DNA of 63,995 nt, counting the filler, from Octopus bimaculoides (lineage: Eukaryota): the NCBI RefSeq assembly GCF_001194135.2. It is 4 parts of 4 records of this genome, joined end to end, with 100 filler letters (N's around TTAATTAATTAA, not from the genome) between each part and the next. Parts side by side here need not be neighbours in the genome. Positions count along the whole stretch, not along the records: positions 23,775 to 45,672 come from NC_068985.1; 3 more parts are not named here. One strand, written 5' to 3'. This document shows, in pieces, positions 27,161 to 41,392 of this stretch. The notes beneath the pieces are model-generated. The model saw only the letters and a list, made by a program, of their open reading frames with translations. It made no database searches and was not told the origin of the DNA. How positions within the stretch are numbered: position 1 is the stretch's first letter; every line of letters starts with the position of its first letter. Position numbers and translations under genes: made by a program.

Positions 27161-27560
27161 AGTGAGTGAATTAAAGAACATAGTGAGCTTGTCTTCCTAA
27201 TAGCATCTGTACGTTCGTTTATATATAGAAATATATGCGTTTAGTTTTCTAACGAATGTGGGATACATGACGTTGCGTACGCGTGTGCTTAATGCATTGG
27301 ATACGTGCATAAGTGTGTGCAAAGAATGGGGGAACTGTGATGAGTAGAAAGACATAAGGAAAGTGGAGCGAATCTGTTGTAGCAGACAATAGATTCTTAT
27401 AAGATATTATTAGAAGCAAAATTGTCTGAGATGTGAAGAGGAACGATTGGAGGCGGAGGTTTTGCATATTCATTTGTTCGTATGTTTATTTGAATGTGTG
27501 AGTGTGTCTACCTTCCGAACGCTTTTGTCACTGTATGTAAGCCTTACACTTTCTTTCTTC

Positions 27561-27623
<63 letters not shown>

Positions 27624-29054
27624 TCATTCTTTCTTTCTTTCTTTCTTTCTTTCAACGCATCTTTTTTTCTTTCTTTCAACGCATCTTTTTTTCTATCCAT
27701 CATTCTGTCTGCCTGCCTACCTACCCACCTACCTACCTACCTACCTACCTACCTGTCTGTCTGTCATTGTGTGTGTGCCTGTGTGTGCTTGTGTGTCTGT
27801 CTGTATGGATGCATCTATGTATGTTTGTGTGTGTGAGTGTATAGATATGTGTGTGTGTGCGCGCGCGCGTGAGAGAGAGTGTATGTATGTATAATATATG
27901 TATATGTATGTGTGTATACATATGTGAGAATAAATACATATATATACATATGTATATCTCTATTTATCTATCTATCTATCTATCTATTTATCTATCTATT
28001 TACACGTCAATCTAAATATATTTATTCACACAAACACAAACTTACATGTCTGTGCTTATAAACGCACACGCACACGCACACGCATATATATATATATATA
28101 TATATATACACACGCACGCGCAAGCACACACACACACACACACACACACGCACAGAGGGCGGGAGAGAGATAGGGAGTAAAGTAGGCACTAAGATATTTG
28201 GTGCGATGAACTATGAAACTTTAATTAATTAAAAATTATGTCCTGAGTGTAGTAGTAATGAAAAATTGAATATTTTGATGACTAATTCCGTTTAAAAAGG
28301 GGCTGGCAACAAACACAATCCAATAAATTCAGTTCATTAAAACTAATTAAATATTGTGTAGAAAGGAGTCTGATCTTTAGCAGCGTGGTGATGAATCTCG
28401 GGNNNNNNNNNNNNNNNNNNNNNNNNNNNNNNNNNNNNNNNNNNNNNNNNNNNNNNNNNNNNNNNNNNNNNNNNNNNNNNNNNNNNNNNNNNNNNNNNNN
28501 NNNNNNNNNNNNNNNNNNNNNNNNNNNNNNNNNNNNNNNNNNNNNNNNNNNNNNNNNNNNNNNNNNNNNNNNNNNNNNNNNNNNNNNNNNNNNNNNNNNN
28601 NNNNNNNNNNNNNNNNNNNNNNNNNNNNNNNNNNNNNNNNNNNNNNNNNNNNNNNNNNNNNNNNNNNNNNNNNNNNNNNNNNNNNNNNNNNNNNNNNNNN
28701 NNNNNNNNNNNNNNNNNNNNNNNNNNNNNNNNNNNNNNNNNNNNNNNNNNNNNNNNNNNNNNNNNNNNNNNNNNNNNNNNNNNNNNNNNNNNNNNNNNNN
28801 NNNNNNNNNNNNNNNNNNNNNNNNNNNNNNNNNNNNNNNNNNNNNNNNNNNNNNNNNNNNNNNNNNNNNNNNNNNNNNNNNNNNNNNNNNNNNNNNNNNN
28901 NNNNNNNNNNNNNNNNNNNNNNNNNNNNNNNNNNNNNNNNNNNNNNNNNNNNNNNNNNNNNNNNNNNNNNNNNNNNNNNNNNNNNNNNNNNNNNNNNNNN
29001 NNNNNNNNNNNNNNNNNNACATGTATGCATATATATACGTGAGTGTATGTGTGC

Positions 29055-29111
<57 letters not shown>

Positions 29112-29117
29112 AGTCTG

Positions 29118-29630
29118 TGTTAGATAGGAAAGAAAGTTCCGTTGTATTTTTGACTGGATACCCTGCGGGTACTTTTCAATACTTCCGGGAATATAAACAT
29201 AAATCTGATCATTCTAATGATTTTTTTCCCTTTCTTTGCACGCTATCTTGTGCTATAGTACTTAAATTTGTATCGATTTTTTCCCCTTTAAAATGAACTT
29301 CAATTAGATCCGTATCAGACACTGCATGCTGTATGAATTCAAAAGGCGCTCTTCTACAAGAAAAACTGCAAGAAATATTTGTTCTGTCTATGGAAATGAA
29401 ACTTTTGAGCCTCCGAATATATCAACGATGATTCGGCCAGTTTCGCTCGGGAAAGTTTTCTCTCGCGGATTCCCCTCGAACTGGTGAACCGCATCCTATC
29501 AATATTCAGCTCCTGAAACCGTAGTTGAAGAAATCCAAACCAAAATGCACGCAGATGAGCAAAGCATTTCAATTCAAGTCACATTTTGATCATAAAATAC
29601 CTTCATGAACTAGGAAAAGTGTCTAACCTT
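29118..29630 (+). mobile_element. Degenerate mariner transposon 5' part (transposase N-terminal HTH region)
   Basis: From the ATG at 29293: MNFN*IRIRHCMLYEFK...TARNICSVYGNE; after a frameshift R*FGQFRSGKFSLADSPRTGEP and IKYLHELGKVSNL (cf. RHCMLYEF, WF.KFRSGDFSLED.PRSGRP, HL..LGKV). The left TIR near 29118-29150 is tentative. Confidence 0.85.
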
Positions 29631-29856
29631 GTACTCCCTTTCTCTCTTTCTTTCTATCTCTCTTTTTCTCCTGGTCTACGCCACATCACTCTCCGACTCG
29701 AAAACACAGTCTGTCTTATTGAAGTTTTTTTGTGGCAAAGGTCTTGGACCAACTCCACGGTTTGCCAGCTCAGACGCAAGATATTTTTTATGAGACACCA
29801 CTCGCGTGGACGGCCATTGCCTTACGATGAGACGATCCATCCTTTGACAGGACTTT

Positions 29857-29964
29857 GAAAGGCAAAGTTGACCTCGGTGGAGTTTGAGCTCAGAACGTAA
29901 AGACAGACGAAATACTGCTAAGCATTTCGCCCGGCGTGCTAACGTTTCTGCCAGTTCACCGCCT
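29857..29964 (-). mobile_element. Family B SINE, 5' half
   Basis: gaaaggcaaagttgacctcggtggagtttgagctcagaacg...gcatttcgcccggcgtgctaacgtttctgccagttcaccgcc. Confidence 0.9.
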
Positions 29965-30118
29965 TTAATAGTAATAGTTATAATAATTATTAGAACGTCT
30001 GGAAATGTCTTGCAATATTTCTTCTGGATNNNNNNNNNNNNNNNNNNNNNNNNNNNNNNNNNNNNNNNNNNNNNNNNNNNNNNNNNNNNNNNNNNNNNNN
30101 NNNNNNNNNNNNNNNNNN

Positions 30119-30173
<55 letters not shown>

Positions 30174-30457
30174 CCATGTTCTTTTGCAACGTCATGTACC
30201 TAGATATGTATCTATATGTACATGTAGATGAAGGTATGTACATACATGTACATATATATGCATATACTCATATTGATTGTATATATATATATATTCATTT
30301 ATGTATGTGTATGTACATACATATGCACATAAATATATATGCATGTATGTATGCACATATGCATGCATGTATGTGTATATGTAGGTGTGTGTCTATGTAT
30401 GCATGCTTGTTTGTATGTATGTAAGCAGGTTTGTATATATGTATGTGTATATGTATG

Positions 30458-30491
<34 letters not shown>

Positions 30492-31102
30492 TGTATATAT
30501 GGATGGATGGATAGATGGATGGATGGATGCCTGCATGCATGCATGTATCTAAGTACGTATGCACTTGTGAGTCCCTATGTATGCCTGCATGCATGTATGT
30601 ACGTAATTATGTATGTATGTTTGTATGCATGTATGTATGTATATATGCATGTATGTGCGTATGTATGTATGTATGTATGTATGTATGCATGTCTGTATGT
30701 ATGTATGTATGTATGTATGTGTGTATGTATGCATGTATGTATGTCTGGCTGATGTGTCACTTCTAGGATTAAACCAAATATGAGGTCGGCAGCAAGGGGC
30801 AAAAGCATTCAATGTATTTGACGAATTGACCTGTCAATGGATAAAAATGTCATAAGCTGACAGAGATTAGCGGAGATCGAGGTAAATTGAAATGGTGTGG
30901 ATAGGGAGATGCTAGGCATACACGATGTATGTACGCGCATGCGTGTGTATGTATATATCTATTTCTCTCTCTATATATGTATGTTTGTATGTGTGCGTGT
31001 ATGTGTGTGTTTGTGTGCGTACACATATATATATATAGATTTATAATTACATACATACATACATACAAGCATATACATATATATACATACAAGCATATGC
31101 AT

Positions 31103-31157
<55 letters not shown>

Positions 31158-31451
31158 NNNNNNNNNNNNNNNNNNNNNNNNNNNNNNNNNNNNNNNNNNN
31201 NNNNNNNNNNNNNNNNNNNNNNNNNNNNNNNNNNNNNNNNNNNNNNNNNNNNNNNNNNNNNNNNNNNNNNNNNNNNNNNNNNNNNNNNNNNNNNNNNNNN
31301 NNNNNNNNNNNNNNNNNNNNNNNNNNNNNNNNNNNNNNNNNNNNNNNNNNNNNNNNNNNNNNNNNNNNNNNNNNNNNNNNNNNNNNNNNNNNNNNNNNNN
31401 NNNNNNNNNNNNNNNNNNNNNNNNNNNNNNNNNNNNNNNNNNNNNNNNNNN

Positions 31452-31498
<47 letters not shown>

Positions 31499-31743
31499 TA
31501 TATATTTGGAATTTACAAAAAAAAACAAACAACAAACAAAGAAAACGACGAAGACGGTTGTGTAAACAACAAACAGATGTATTAGTTTAACGCTGGGGAA
31601 GCGAGAAAGTCTTTTACGTTTCGAGCCTACGCTCTTCATCGGAAAGGAACACAGAAATAAACATGCATACATATATGTATATGTACACACACACACACAC
31701 ACACATATCTCTACATACATACATACATACATACATACATACA

Positions 31744-31812
<69 letters not shown>

Positions 31813-31949
31813 GCTTTCGAGCCTTCTTTCTTCTGTCGAGAGCTTATATGCCCCTTTATTAGACTATTTTCATTGCACGGTGATCGCCATAAACTTTAGG
31901 CTTATATAAAAATAACATTATTATTATTTACAGAATATATATAAATATA

Positions 31950-32014
31950 CATTTATTTATTTATTTATTTATGTGTTTCAGCCAAGTGGCTGCGGTCATG
32001 CTGGTGCACCACCG
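31950..32014 (-). mobile_element. Isolated SINE-type 3' tail ending in (TAAA)n
   Basis: Minus strand ggtggtgcaccagcatgaccgcagccacttggctgaaacacataaataaataa resembles the family A tail ggcggtgctccagcatggccacagtcaaatgactgaaacaagtaaaag. Confidence 0.7.
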
Positions 32015-32026
32015 TGAAAACAATTT

Positions 32027-32091
32027 GGGCTCGCCCGGGATTCGAACCCGGGACCTCTCGCACCCAAAGCGAGAATCATACCTCTAGACCA

Positions 32092-32092
<1 letters not shown>
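32027..32092 (-). pseudogene. trnP: tRNA-Pro(TGG) lacking nucleotides 1-6 of the acceptor stem
   Basis: Reverse complement CTGGTCTAGAGGTATGATTCTCGCTTTGGGTGCGAGAGGTCCCGGGTTCGAATCCCGGGCGAGCCC has intact D arm, anticodon arm (CTCGC TT-TGG-GT GCGAG) and T arm. The expected 5' GGCTCG is replaced by (CA)n. TTTT lies 6 nt downstream; no encoded CCA. Confidence 0.9.
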
Positions 32093-32128
<36 letters not shown>

Positions 32129-32685
32129 CTTGGTTGTATACACGTATCTGTTTGTAGATATACCTATATGTATGTCTGTATAGTTGTATGTATGATTGCA
32201 GATTTATTTATAATATGTGTATGTACGCGTATGCACATGCGTGTGTGTATATACGTATGTAACACTATTTACCATTTGATAAATTCTAGATCACTGTCAT
32301 TTGTAGTTTCATTGGTGAATCCTTCCAGACAATCGACAGACGATGTGATAACATCTATTTCGCTCGGTCATTCCCGCATGCACACACAAAAACTCAAGCA
32401 CACATAGCCATATTTGCATACACTCGCACCCTTACTCAAATACGCACCTATATGTACGTATATTCAAGACGTGACTATTACTTTTAAATCAGGCGATGGC
32501 TATTATCAATCATGACGGCGACATAATGGTCTCTTGCTGCTTACTGTGAAACGCCACAACAACCTTCCATTCACCCCGATGATGAGGCTGAGAATTTCTT
32601 AAAACATCAACAAACACAGAAGCGGTATTGCTCCAGGCTAAACATATAAAAGTCTAATAAATAACACCCTAATGATACAAGTCAT

Positions 32686-33072
32686 GTGGAGGCGCAATGG
32701 CCCAGTGGTTAGGGCAGCGGACTCGCGGTCATAGGATCGCGGTTTCGATTCCCAGACCGGGCGCTGTGAGTGTTTATTGAGCGAAAACACCTAAAGCTCT
32801 ACGAGGTTCCGGCAGGGGATGGTGGCGAACCCTGCTGTACTCTTTCACTACAACTTTCTCTCACTCTTACTTCCTGTTTCTGTTGTGCCTGTTATTCAAA
32901 GGGTCAGCCTTGTCACACTGTGTTATGCTGAATATCCCCGAGAACTACGTTAAGGGTACACGTGTCTGTGGAGTGCTCAGCCACTTGCACGTTAATTTCA
33001 CGAGCAAGCTGTTCCGTTGATCGGATCAACTGGAACCCCCGACGTCGTAAGCAACGGAGTGCCAACAACAAC
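32686..33072 (+). mobile_element. Full-length tRNA-derived SINE, family C
   Basis: Head gtggaggcgcaatggcccagtggttagggcagcggactcgcgg...ggtttcgattccc; the body matches 51163-51472. Possible diverged TSD atgatacaagtcat / acgatataattcat. Confidence 0.92.
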
Positions 33073-33354
33073 GATATAATTCATAAAAAATGCAAAATAT
33101 TCTCGAAAATAAGACTGTTCTTGACTACCAGATTCCATTGACAAGGTATTCATTGAAACCAAAGCTACTTTAGAAAACGCATGGACACATTTGACGTAGA
33201 GTGGAATCGAACTCGAAACAATGGGAATACAAGCCAAATTACCTAACGCTGTTGTATCTGATAATGGTCATCGCCAGTTTTAAAATAAATAGTCGTGTCT
33301 TGAATCTGCATGCATATCAATATGTGTGCATGTCTGTATGTGTGCCTGTTACTG

Positions 33355-33530
33355 CAGTCGTTTAGATCCAGAGCCGATCTGATTGAGGACACTTATGATG
33401 AAAGGGAGTCAAACCGTGATTATCCCCCTTTATCAGGAATATCTGGTATTACATGGCTGTTTTCTTTACCTTCTAAGGTTGGTGTGATTTAAAGGATATA
33501 TAGCTGCTATTTCTGGATGGTTCACCAGCC
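33355..33530 (+). repeat. Interspersed repeat family F fragment, related pieces at about 36148-36205 and 39625-39760
   Basis: Shared blocks: ccag(a/g)g(c/t)c...gat..ag.a...c.tatga..aa.g....c.a.ccgtga and ggtgtgattt.a.gga.a.at..(g/c)tgctatttct. Confidence 0.55.
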
Positions 33531-34613
33531 ACTTACACTCAGTGCTTACCGATCTAAATCGGTTGCATCCCTTGACGTCAAAATGTCACTTTTCTCTTCC
33601 ACACACATATGCACACATGTATGTATGTGTGTGCTTGTGTGTGCTTGTGTGTGAGCATCAACATATCATTTCTACCTAATGATCTCTCTTCCCCCTCTGT
33701 TTCTTTGTCCACTCTCACCCCTCCTCCCTTTTTCCCTGTATTTAATCCTAAAAGAGAGAAACCTGTTACAGCTATGCACTTTTACATATATATGTTAGTC
33801 AATAATCTCAGTTTGTTGATATCCTATTATTAGATATCCTTCCCTCAATTTCCATCCCATCTCTCCACCATCGATATCAATATGGCGACTACTTTCTTAT
33901 TTCGAAGCATTGGGAGTTTGCATTGCGGTTAATTTCTGCCAAATGTCACCACCGCACATTCGTCATCATCCCGCAATATATATTTAAAAATTTCGGTAAT
34001 AACAAACGATACAATAAAAATTTATGTGATCGTTCGATAATTTCGTATGCAGCCAGTTCTATATCGACTTTTCCTCTGTGTGCGTTCGTGTATGCATGCT
34101 TATGCATAAACATGCGTGTATATGAGCGTAGGTGTATGTGGTTTTTTCATTTATGTTTACGGTTGTGCTGGCATTGAAGGTATGGTGTGTTGGTATGTGT
34201 ATGTGCGTTTGTGTGTGTGTGTGAATGTGCGTCTGTCAGTGTGTGTGCGTGTGTGTGTGTGTGTGTGTGCGTGTGATTAGGGACTTCTGAATCTTGAAGT
34301 AGCACGGAAGCGATTCAAACTGCTTTAAATAATACATAAATACATAGTATTTCAGGTCTTGTGCCTCTAAGTGTAAGAGGCACAAAACCTGGAATTTGAG
34401 GGTTTAGTCGATTGCATCGACCCAGTGTTTAACTGGTGCATATTTCATCGTGAAGAAATTTGATAGACGGATATAGATGTAGATGTCTTTCAGGAGAACA
34501 GTTCAGTTCCTGTTCTTAGATGAGATTAAATTTGCCATTGACATAACTCTAACAACGAATTCTTGGGTGCCTTTACAGGAGAGGAAACCATCCTATTGCA
34601 GTAGTTTAGGTCA

Positions 34614-34833
34614 TAAGGCGGCCAGCTGACAGAAACGTTAGCACGCCGGCCGAAATGCTTAGCAGTATTTCGTCTGTCTTTACGTTCTGAGTTCAAATTC
34701 CACCGGGTCGACTTTGCCTTTCATCCTTTCGGGGTCGATAAAATAAGTACAAGTTGCGTGCTGAGGTCGATCTAATAGACTAGCCTCCTCCCCACAAAAT
34801 TTCTGGCCTTGTACCTAGAGTAGAAAAGAATAA
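34614..34833 (+). mobile_element. Full-length family B SINE with a 9-bp TSD
   Basis: TSD tttaggtca at 34605-34613 and 34834-34842. A short minus-strand family B 3' fragment lies at about 34381-34450. Confidence 0.92.
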
Positions 34834-36763
34834 TTTAGGTCAGGTCTAGTGTTTCAGGCTAACTTCTATTTCTTCCGTTACTCTCGAAGGCGCTCTGAAA
34901 ACGGTCAATAGTACACACTTCCTCCTTTTCTATTAAAAATACATAGTACAGCCCTACAAATAAGCATACATACATACACACACATACGTATTCACACATA
35001 CATACGTACGTACATACATTCACATGTATGCATGTATGTAGATGAACGAATGCCTATGCATGTCTACGTGAGTGCATTGACTCAGGATTGTGTATGTAAT
35101 CAATCATTTGTCTTTACGTATATAATTGTAGTGCTACTTGCGTATGAACATTTACACATATAGCTTGCACATACATATATACACACATCTCTCTCTCTTT
35201 CTCTCTTACTCTCTCGCGCGCGAGCGCACGCACACACACATACATAATACATGCACCCATGGCCACATACGCACTTATCTACGTACATGCATGCATATAT
35301 TTATATAACACTAACATCTTATTAACACAGTCGTTTAAATCAACTGTAGTAGAATCGTTCGTAATATTTACACAAGTCTACGTATAAACATACACACATA
35401 TATGTGCATGCATATACACGAATGAAAGCATGTACAACGAACACTCACAAACATACATACATACATACATACATGCATACATACATACATACATACATAC
35501 ATACATACATACGTATAGGCGCATGAACATATATAGATAATATAATAGAAATACATAGCCTCGTTTTATTATGCTGTCGTCCGATATACTGAATCATAGA
35601 CTAGCATACAGAGATTGCCATAAATATAGATGTAACCACAGATAGGGTGGTGTAATGGTTAGTCATGGATCCATTTTAAGGAAATTCAGAGATCCCAATC
35701 CGATAATATCGGTGTATTGAAATGTATGGATTCGTATGTGTTTATTTGACTGAAAAAAATTATGGCGAAAATGACGTGTATTAATAAAATGTATAAGTTG
35801 AGAGATTAGAGGGAGATAAATCGGGAAAAATACATACAAAAACAATGTGCAAGTGATATAGTCGTAATAAATGAGATATATTATGTAGAGGTGGCGGTGG
35901 TGGTGGTGATGGTGGTGGTGGGGTGGCAGGATCTGGAAAGAAGATAGATAGGGAATGAATGAATGAATGAATGAATGAGTGGGTGAGAGGGGTAGATAGA
36001 TGGATAGCGAGTAAGTGAGTGAATGAGAGGGAAAGGGGTATGGACGGCGAGTGGGAGAGGGAAAGAGATAAAATGGGAGAAAAACAATCGTAGAAAGAGT
36101 GAAGGGAAAGTGAAAGTGAAAGTTGGTGGTGGTGGTGGTGTTGATTAGCCCCAGGTCAGTGCTGATCGAGCAGAGCTATGACGAAGGCATTCCAACCGTG
36201 ACCACTCTTTATTCATATGTGCAGGGAATCCAAGAAGCCCAAAGTAAACGTTTTCTTCTTTTTATAGACGCGTGTAATTTGATGCTGATTTGGTTGACAT
36301 TTCTAGCAAAACGAACGACCACGTACAAGCTCTCTCGTTGGCTTGTGTGTATATATGTGTGCGTGTGTGTGTGTGTGCGTAAGCGTGTGTATATGCGCAT
36401 ATGTTCGTATGTATATATGCGCGTATGTGTGTGTGTGTATGTGTGTGTGTGTGTGTGTGTATGTGTGTGTGTGTGTCTGTCTGTCTCTGTGAGGTTTTGG
36501 GAGGGACGACAGACAGCGAAGACCATTTATGTAGAAAGGAAGGGAATGACTGTTCGCAGAGTTGGAGTAAGAGGATATGAGTGACAGTGAGAGGTGAATG
36601 TGAACGTATGTACGCATGGGAGAGGGAGAGAGTAGGAAGAAAGGGAGGGTGGGAAAGGGAGAGTTAGAGAGAGAAAGAGAGAAAGAGGGGAACAGAGAGA
36701 AAAGATAAACTTCACAGCAAGAGACTGAGTAAGTGTCAATAGAAATAATGATGGAGAAAGCAC

Positions 36764-36807
<44 letters not shown>

Positions 36808-36930
36808 GAGAAAGAGAGAAAGAGAGAGAGAGAGAGAAGGAGAGAGAGGGGGTGTAGGATAGGGAGAAAGAGTGACAGAGAGAGAGAGAGAGAGTGACTG
36901 GAGATTGAGAATATATATAAAGAAGGATAG

Positions 36931-37346
36931 AATATTCTTTTCTACTCTAGGCACATGGCCCGAAACTTTTGGGGAAGGGCCCAGTTGACTAGATTGACCC
37001 CCAGTACTGGTACTTTATTTATCGACCCCGAACGGACGAAAGGCAAAGTCGACTTCGGCGGAATTTGAACTCAGAATACCGCTAAGCATTTCGCCCGGCG
37101 TGCTAACGTTTTTTTATTTCTTTATGGCCCACACGGGGCTGAACATAGAGGGGAGAAACACGGACAGACAAAGGGATTAAGTCGATTACATCGACCCCAG
37201 TGCGTAACTGGTACTTAATTTATCGACCCCGAAAGGATGAAAGGCAAAGTCGACCGCGGTGGAATTTGAACTCAGAACGTAACGGCAGACGAAATACTGC
37301 TAAGCATTTCGCCCGGCGCGCTAACGTTTCTGCCAGCTCGTCGCTT
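36931..37346 (-). mobile_element. Two tandem family B SINEs with different 3' tails (36931-37110 and 37113-37346)
   Basis: Both share gtcgactttgcctttc.tcc.ttcggggtcgataaat. One ends ...gggccatgtgcctagagtagaaaagaat, the other ...cgacttaatccctttgtctgtcc...gtgggccataaagaaat. Confidence 0.9.
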
Positions 37347-38991
37347 CAGAAGGGTAGAATATTTGTAAAAGGAGATGTAAGATCATGAACGTAGTACAGA
37401 ATGAGTAGGGGTATAAGGAGAGAGCGGGAGACAAGGAGAGAGAGAGAGAGAGAGGGGGGAGAGGGAGAGAAAGAGGGGGAGAATAAAATGTAAATGTAAG
37501 TGAGCGTGACTATGTAAAGAAAGGTGGTGTAGAAGTAAGAGAGAAAGAAAGATGGGATAGAAATTTTGAGAGAGAAAGAGGAGAGTAATAAAAGTAATGA
37601 ACGTGTGAGAACATAGAAATAAAGACAAATACATTGATACATTGAGAAATAGATGGATAGAGAGAGAGAGGGGGGAAAAGAGAAAGAGAGAGAGAGGGGG
37701 GAAAAGAGAGAGAGAGAGAGAGGGGGGAGGGTGAAGAAAAGAATGAAAGAACGAGCAAGGAATGATAGGGAGGATGTAATAGCTGAGATAAAAAAAAAAT
37801 TCTTGGATTATTGACTTTACAATATCATTCGGTAAATAACCATTCAAAAGATTTATTGATCAAATTGGTAGAGTCTCGAGAAGTAGAAAATGGGATATTC
37901 GGCTCTGACAGTCTCCTTCGTCGCCGCCACGACCATCACCACTACTATCGCCACCACCAACACCATCACCAACAGCAACACTGCCGTCATCCCGTTTCAC
38001 TCTAATTTGAACAGACATCTCCACCGCCATCTTAACTTGAGACTGGCTTACAAGTAACGCTCTTCAATCATTTCCAATGCTTGTTTATCCTGCTGTTTAA
38101 TATCAGTACAGATTGATTTATGTGCCATAATTGAGTCCAAAGGCGAACATATCTTTTAAGGAGAATGATTATCTTCTAAGACTGACTGACATTAAGTATT
38201 TGTACACATTTTAGTCTTGAACATCTAAAATAACATTTATAATGCCACAAAAGAAATTCCACTCAGCATGTTTGTCGACTAGGGAGAAGAGAACATTTAA
38301 AGCATTTTAAAATTTCGAGTTAAAACTCTTTTGTCACATTCTGTTTAATTTTTCAATGAATCCGCAACGAACGACAGGGTTAAGATGTCGTTCTTTCGAC
38401 TCTAGAGGTATGAGTTCATGTTTAATTATAAGAATTAACACTTGATAAGACTCTTAACATCCCACTTGCCTTGAATTTAAGATGGTGCTCAGTATATTGG
38501 ACAACACTGCCAAGAACGGAAAGGGGAAGTTGGTTTTTGATCCTTATTGGAACGACAGAAAGATACTTGACTGGATTTGGGTAGTAGTAGCGCAAAAATA
38601 ATTTGCTTGTATCTATGTAGTATACATGTGTATGTTTTTATATGCTATATATCGTATATTTTGTGAATGACAACGTTGTTGTCTTAGGTAGGTTTGGAAG
38701 GGCCAGTCACTGTTTCACTGCATTTCCAATTGCGAAAGATAAAAAAGGCGGATATCTGAGTAACTCGGACAGAATTAATAGCACGAATCATTTTTGTTCA
38801 AACGCACCGGTTTATCAGTTTTCTCGTTATTTTCTACATATTTCGCGGGTGTATGCCAGCGAAAGATCTTACACGCACACACATGCGCATACACTCACAT
38901 GTGTATATGTATGTGCATATATACATATGTGTGTGTGTATGTATGTGCATGCATATATGTGTGTGTGTATGTATATATATGTATGTATATA

Positions 38992-39062
<71 letters not shown>

Positions 39063-39359
39063 NNNNNNNNNNNNNNNNNNNNNNNNNNNNNNNNNNNNNN
39101 NNNNNNNNNNNNNNNNNNNNNNNNNNNNNNNNNNNNNNNNNNNNNNNNNNNNNNNNNNNNNNNNNNNNNNNNNNNNNNNNNNNNNNNNNNNNNNNNNNNN
39201 NNNNNNNNNNNNNNNNNNNNNNNNNNNNNNNNNNNNNNNNNNNNNNNNNNNNNNNNNNNNNNNNNNNNNNNNNNNNNNNNNNNNNNNNNNNNNNNNNNNN
39301 NTATATATATGTATGTATATGCTTATGGACATACATCTATCCTTTTCTCTTCTTTATCC

Positions 39360-39394
<35 letters not shown>

Positions 39395-41270
39395 GAACCA
39401 TTCCAGTCATTTAATAACATGCTGAAACTGTTATATTAATTTTGGGTTATTTCTTGAAGTAGCTAAATTTTCATCGCACTTCTGTGACCTGATCACTGAT
39501 ATAATCTTACTATTTGACTGACAAATACAGCTACCAAAAACATATAGTGTTTTCATTAAAGATATGGCACGGCAATGCTGATGAGATGTGAGCCGTCGTC
39601 TCTCCTGCGTACCAAGACTTCTCACTAACAGATAAAATCAAAGTATTTTTGTTTAACCACCATTCAGCTCTGAAGCCTGTGTAACTTGTTCTTCCATTTA
39701 TCAACACGGTAGGGTGTGATTTGATGGAAATATGGTTGCTATTTCTAGCAGACCGAGAGATCAAGTAGAGGTTTTCTCGTTAGCTCTGGATACTTTGGTT
39801 TGAGAATAAACGCGTTTATCGATGGCGGTTGATCAATTTTTCAATAATATTGGTTCCATATGGTTCGTTTTCAATACAGCCTTGTTATCGGTGATGCAGA
39901 GCAACACGAGTAAAATCTAAGCTTCTTTAGGCAAGTTCTTTAACCTTTTGACATATTAGAAAACGCTTTTGTTCACTCAAACCAAATGTAAATGGAAAGG
40001 GACTCTTGCTCGACATAATACGTTGAGGGATCTATCTCAGAGCAATATGGTTTTGAAGTGGATTTCATTCCTGGACACTCGAGTGACAGTGTCAGTTATC
40101 TCATCCTCTGAAGCTAAGAAGTTTAAATCTTATATATCAATGAATACGAATCAAATTTTCTTTTTAAATGATATTCTTTGTTGTAAATGTTTGGCCAAAC
40201 GACGGCAGTGTGTTGTACATGTATGACCAATGTAACAGTCTCCATCCATCTTTAATAATTTTATATCAAGCATAGAAGAAAAAGACAAAGCAAAAACAGA
40301 AAAAAACACACACACTCTCATGATCCTTTACGGAACAATATTATGGAGAACGTAAATGAAGAGAGATTCTACACTCTGGAATCGAACTCAGAACCATATG
40401 CACCGAGCAAGTGTCAGTTATCTCAAAACCACTGAAGCTAAGAAGTTAATGAGTATTAATATTAACTTAGAGTGCTTATTTTAAATCTGAACGTGAGTAT
40501 AAGTTAGAGACAATAAAAGGGTTACGCTAAGCTTATTATTTCGAAATGTACGACATAAAGGTTACATCTTCAGTGGTCTCTCCATCCACCCTCAGTTTAA
40601 TGGAAGCCACCAAGTCGTTGGGCTACAAGGACCAATTAGAATTTCCTAACCAAGTAAAAGAGTAAATTAGAATTGCTAGAAAATAGAAGTCAGAATTGGT
40701 AAACAGTTTGCTGTAAACCATGTTGATCACATCATTTCTATTCCTTCCTTCCTAAACGCTTTTTTTTAAAAACATAAAATATAAGAAAATATGAAAAAAA
40801 AAAACCAAACAAAAAAGCGCTGAAGAAAAGGGAAAAAGAAAAAGAAAAACGGGAAAATAGGCCCTTTTAGCGTTTATTATTAGTTTGTTCTTTAGGAGTT
40901 TGATGTTCAAAGCGGACCGGATATTTAAAAAGAAGCACTGTGTTATGTTGAAGAGAACTCAATTAATGCGGGAAATATTAAATATGGAAAATGAGAAAAT
41001 TAGAGGGCAGTTTTAAAGAACTAAAGAAGACAATAGTCTGTGTTTGAGGATATAATATTGAGATCGATGGCTGAAGGATATATACTGATAGATCTCGATA
41101 TTGATAATTTGAACTAGCCACGGGCCGCTTCTGAAAGCAAGAGACATGAAAGATGAAGAGATATACTTGTTAAGCTGTGTATTTATGAATACAGTTAAGT
41201 AGTAGAATGTATGATGTATAAGTGCTTTCGCGAGTATATGTAGGTTTGTATGCATCTACTTATGTGTATG

Positions 41271-41319
<49 letters not shown>

Positions 41320-41350
41320 ATGTATGTATATATGTGTGCATTTATTTGTA

Positions 41351-41392
<42 letters not shown>

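Noticed and set aside
35645-35700. GGTGTAATGGTTAG tRNA A-box-like sequence
   Set aside because: No B box or cloverleaf; at most a decayed SINE head.
38110-38133. TGATTTAT and CCATAATTG Pbx/Hox-like motifs
   Set aside because: Short AT-rich motifs are common in this composition and there is no supporting context.
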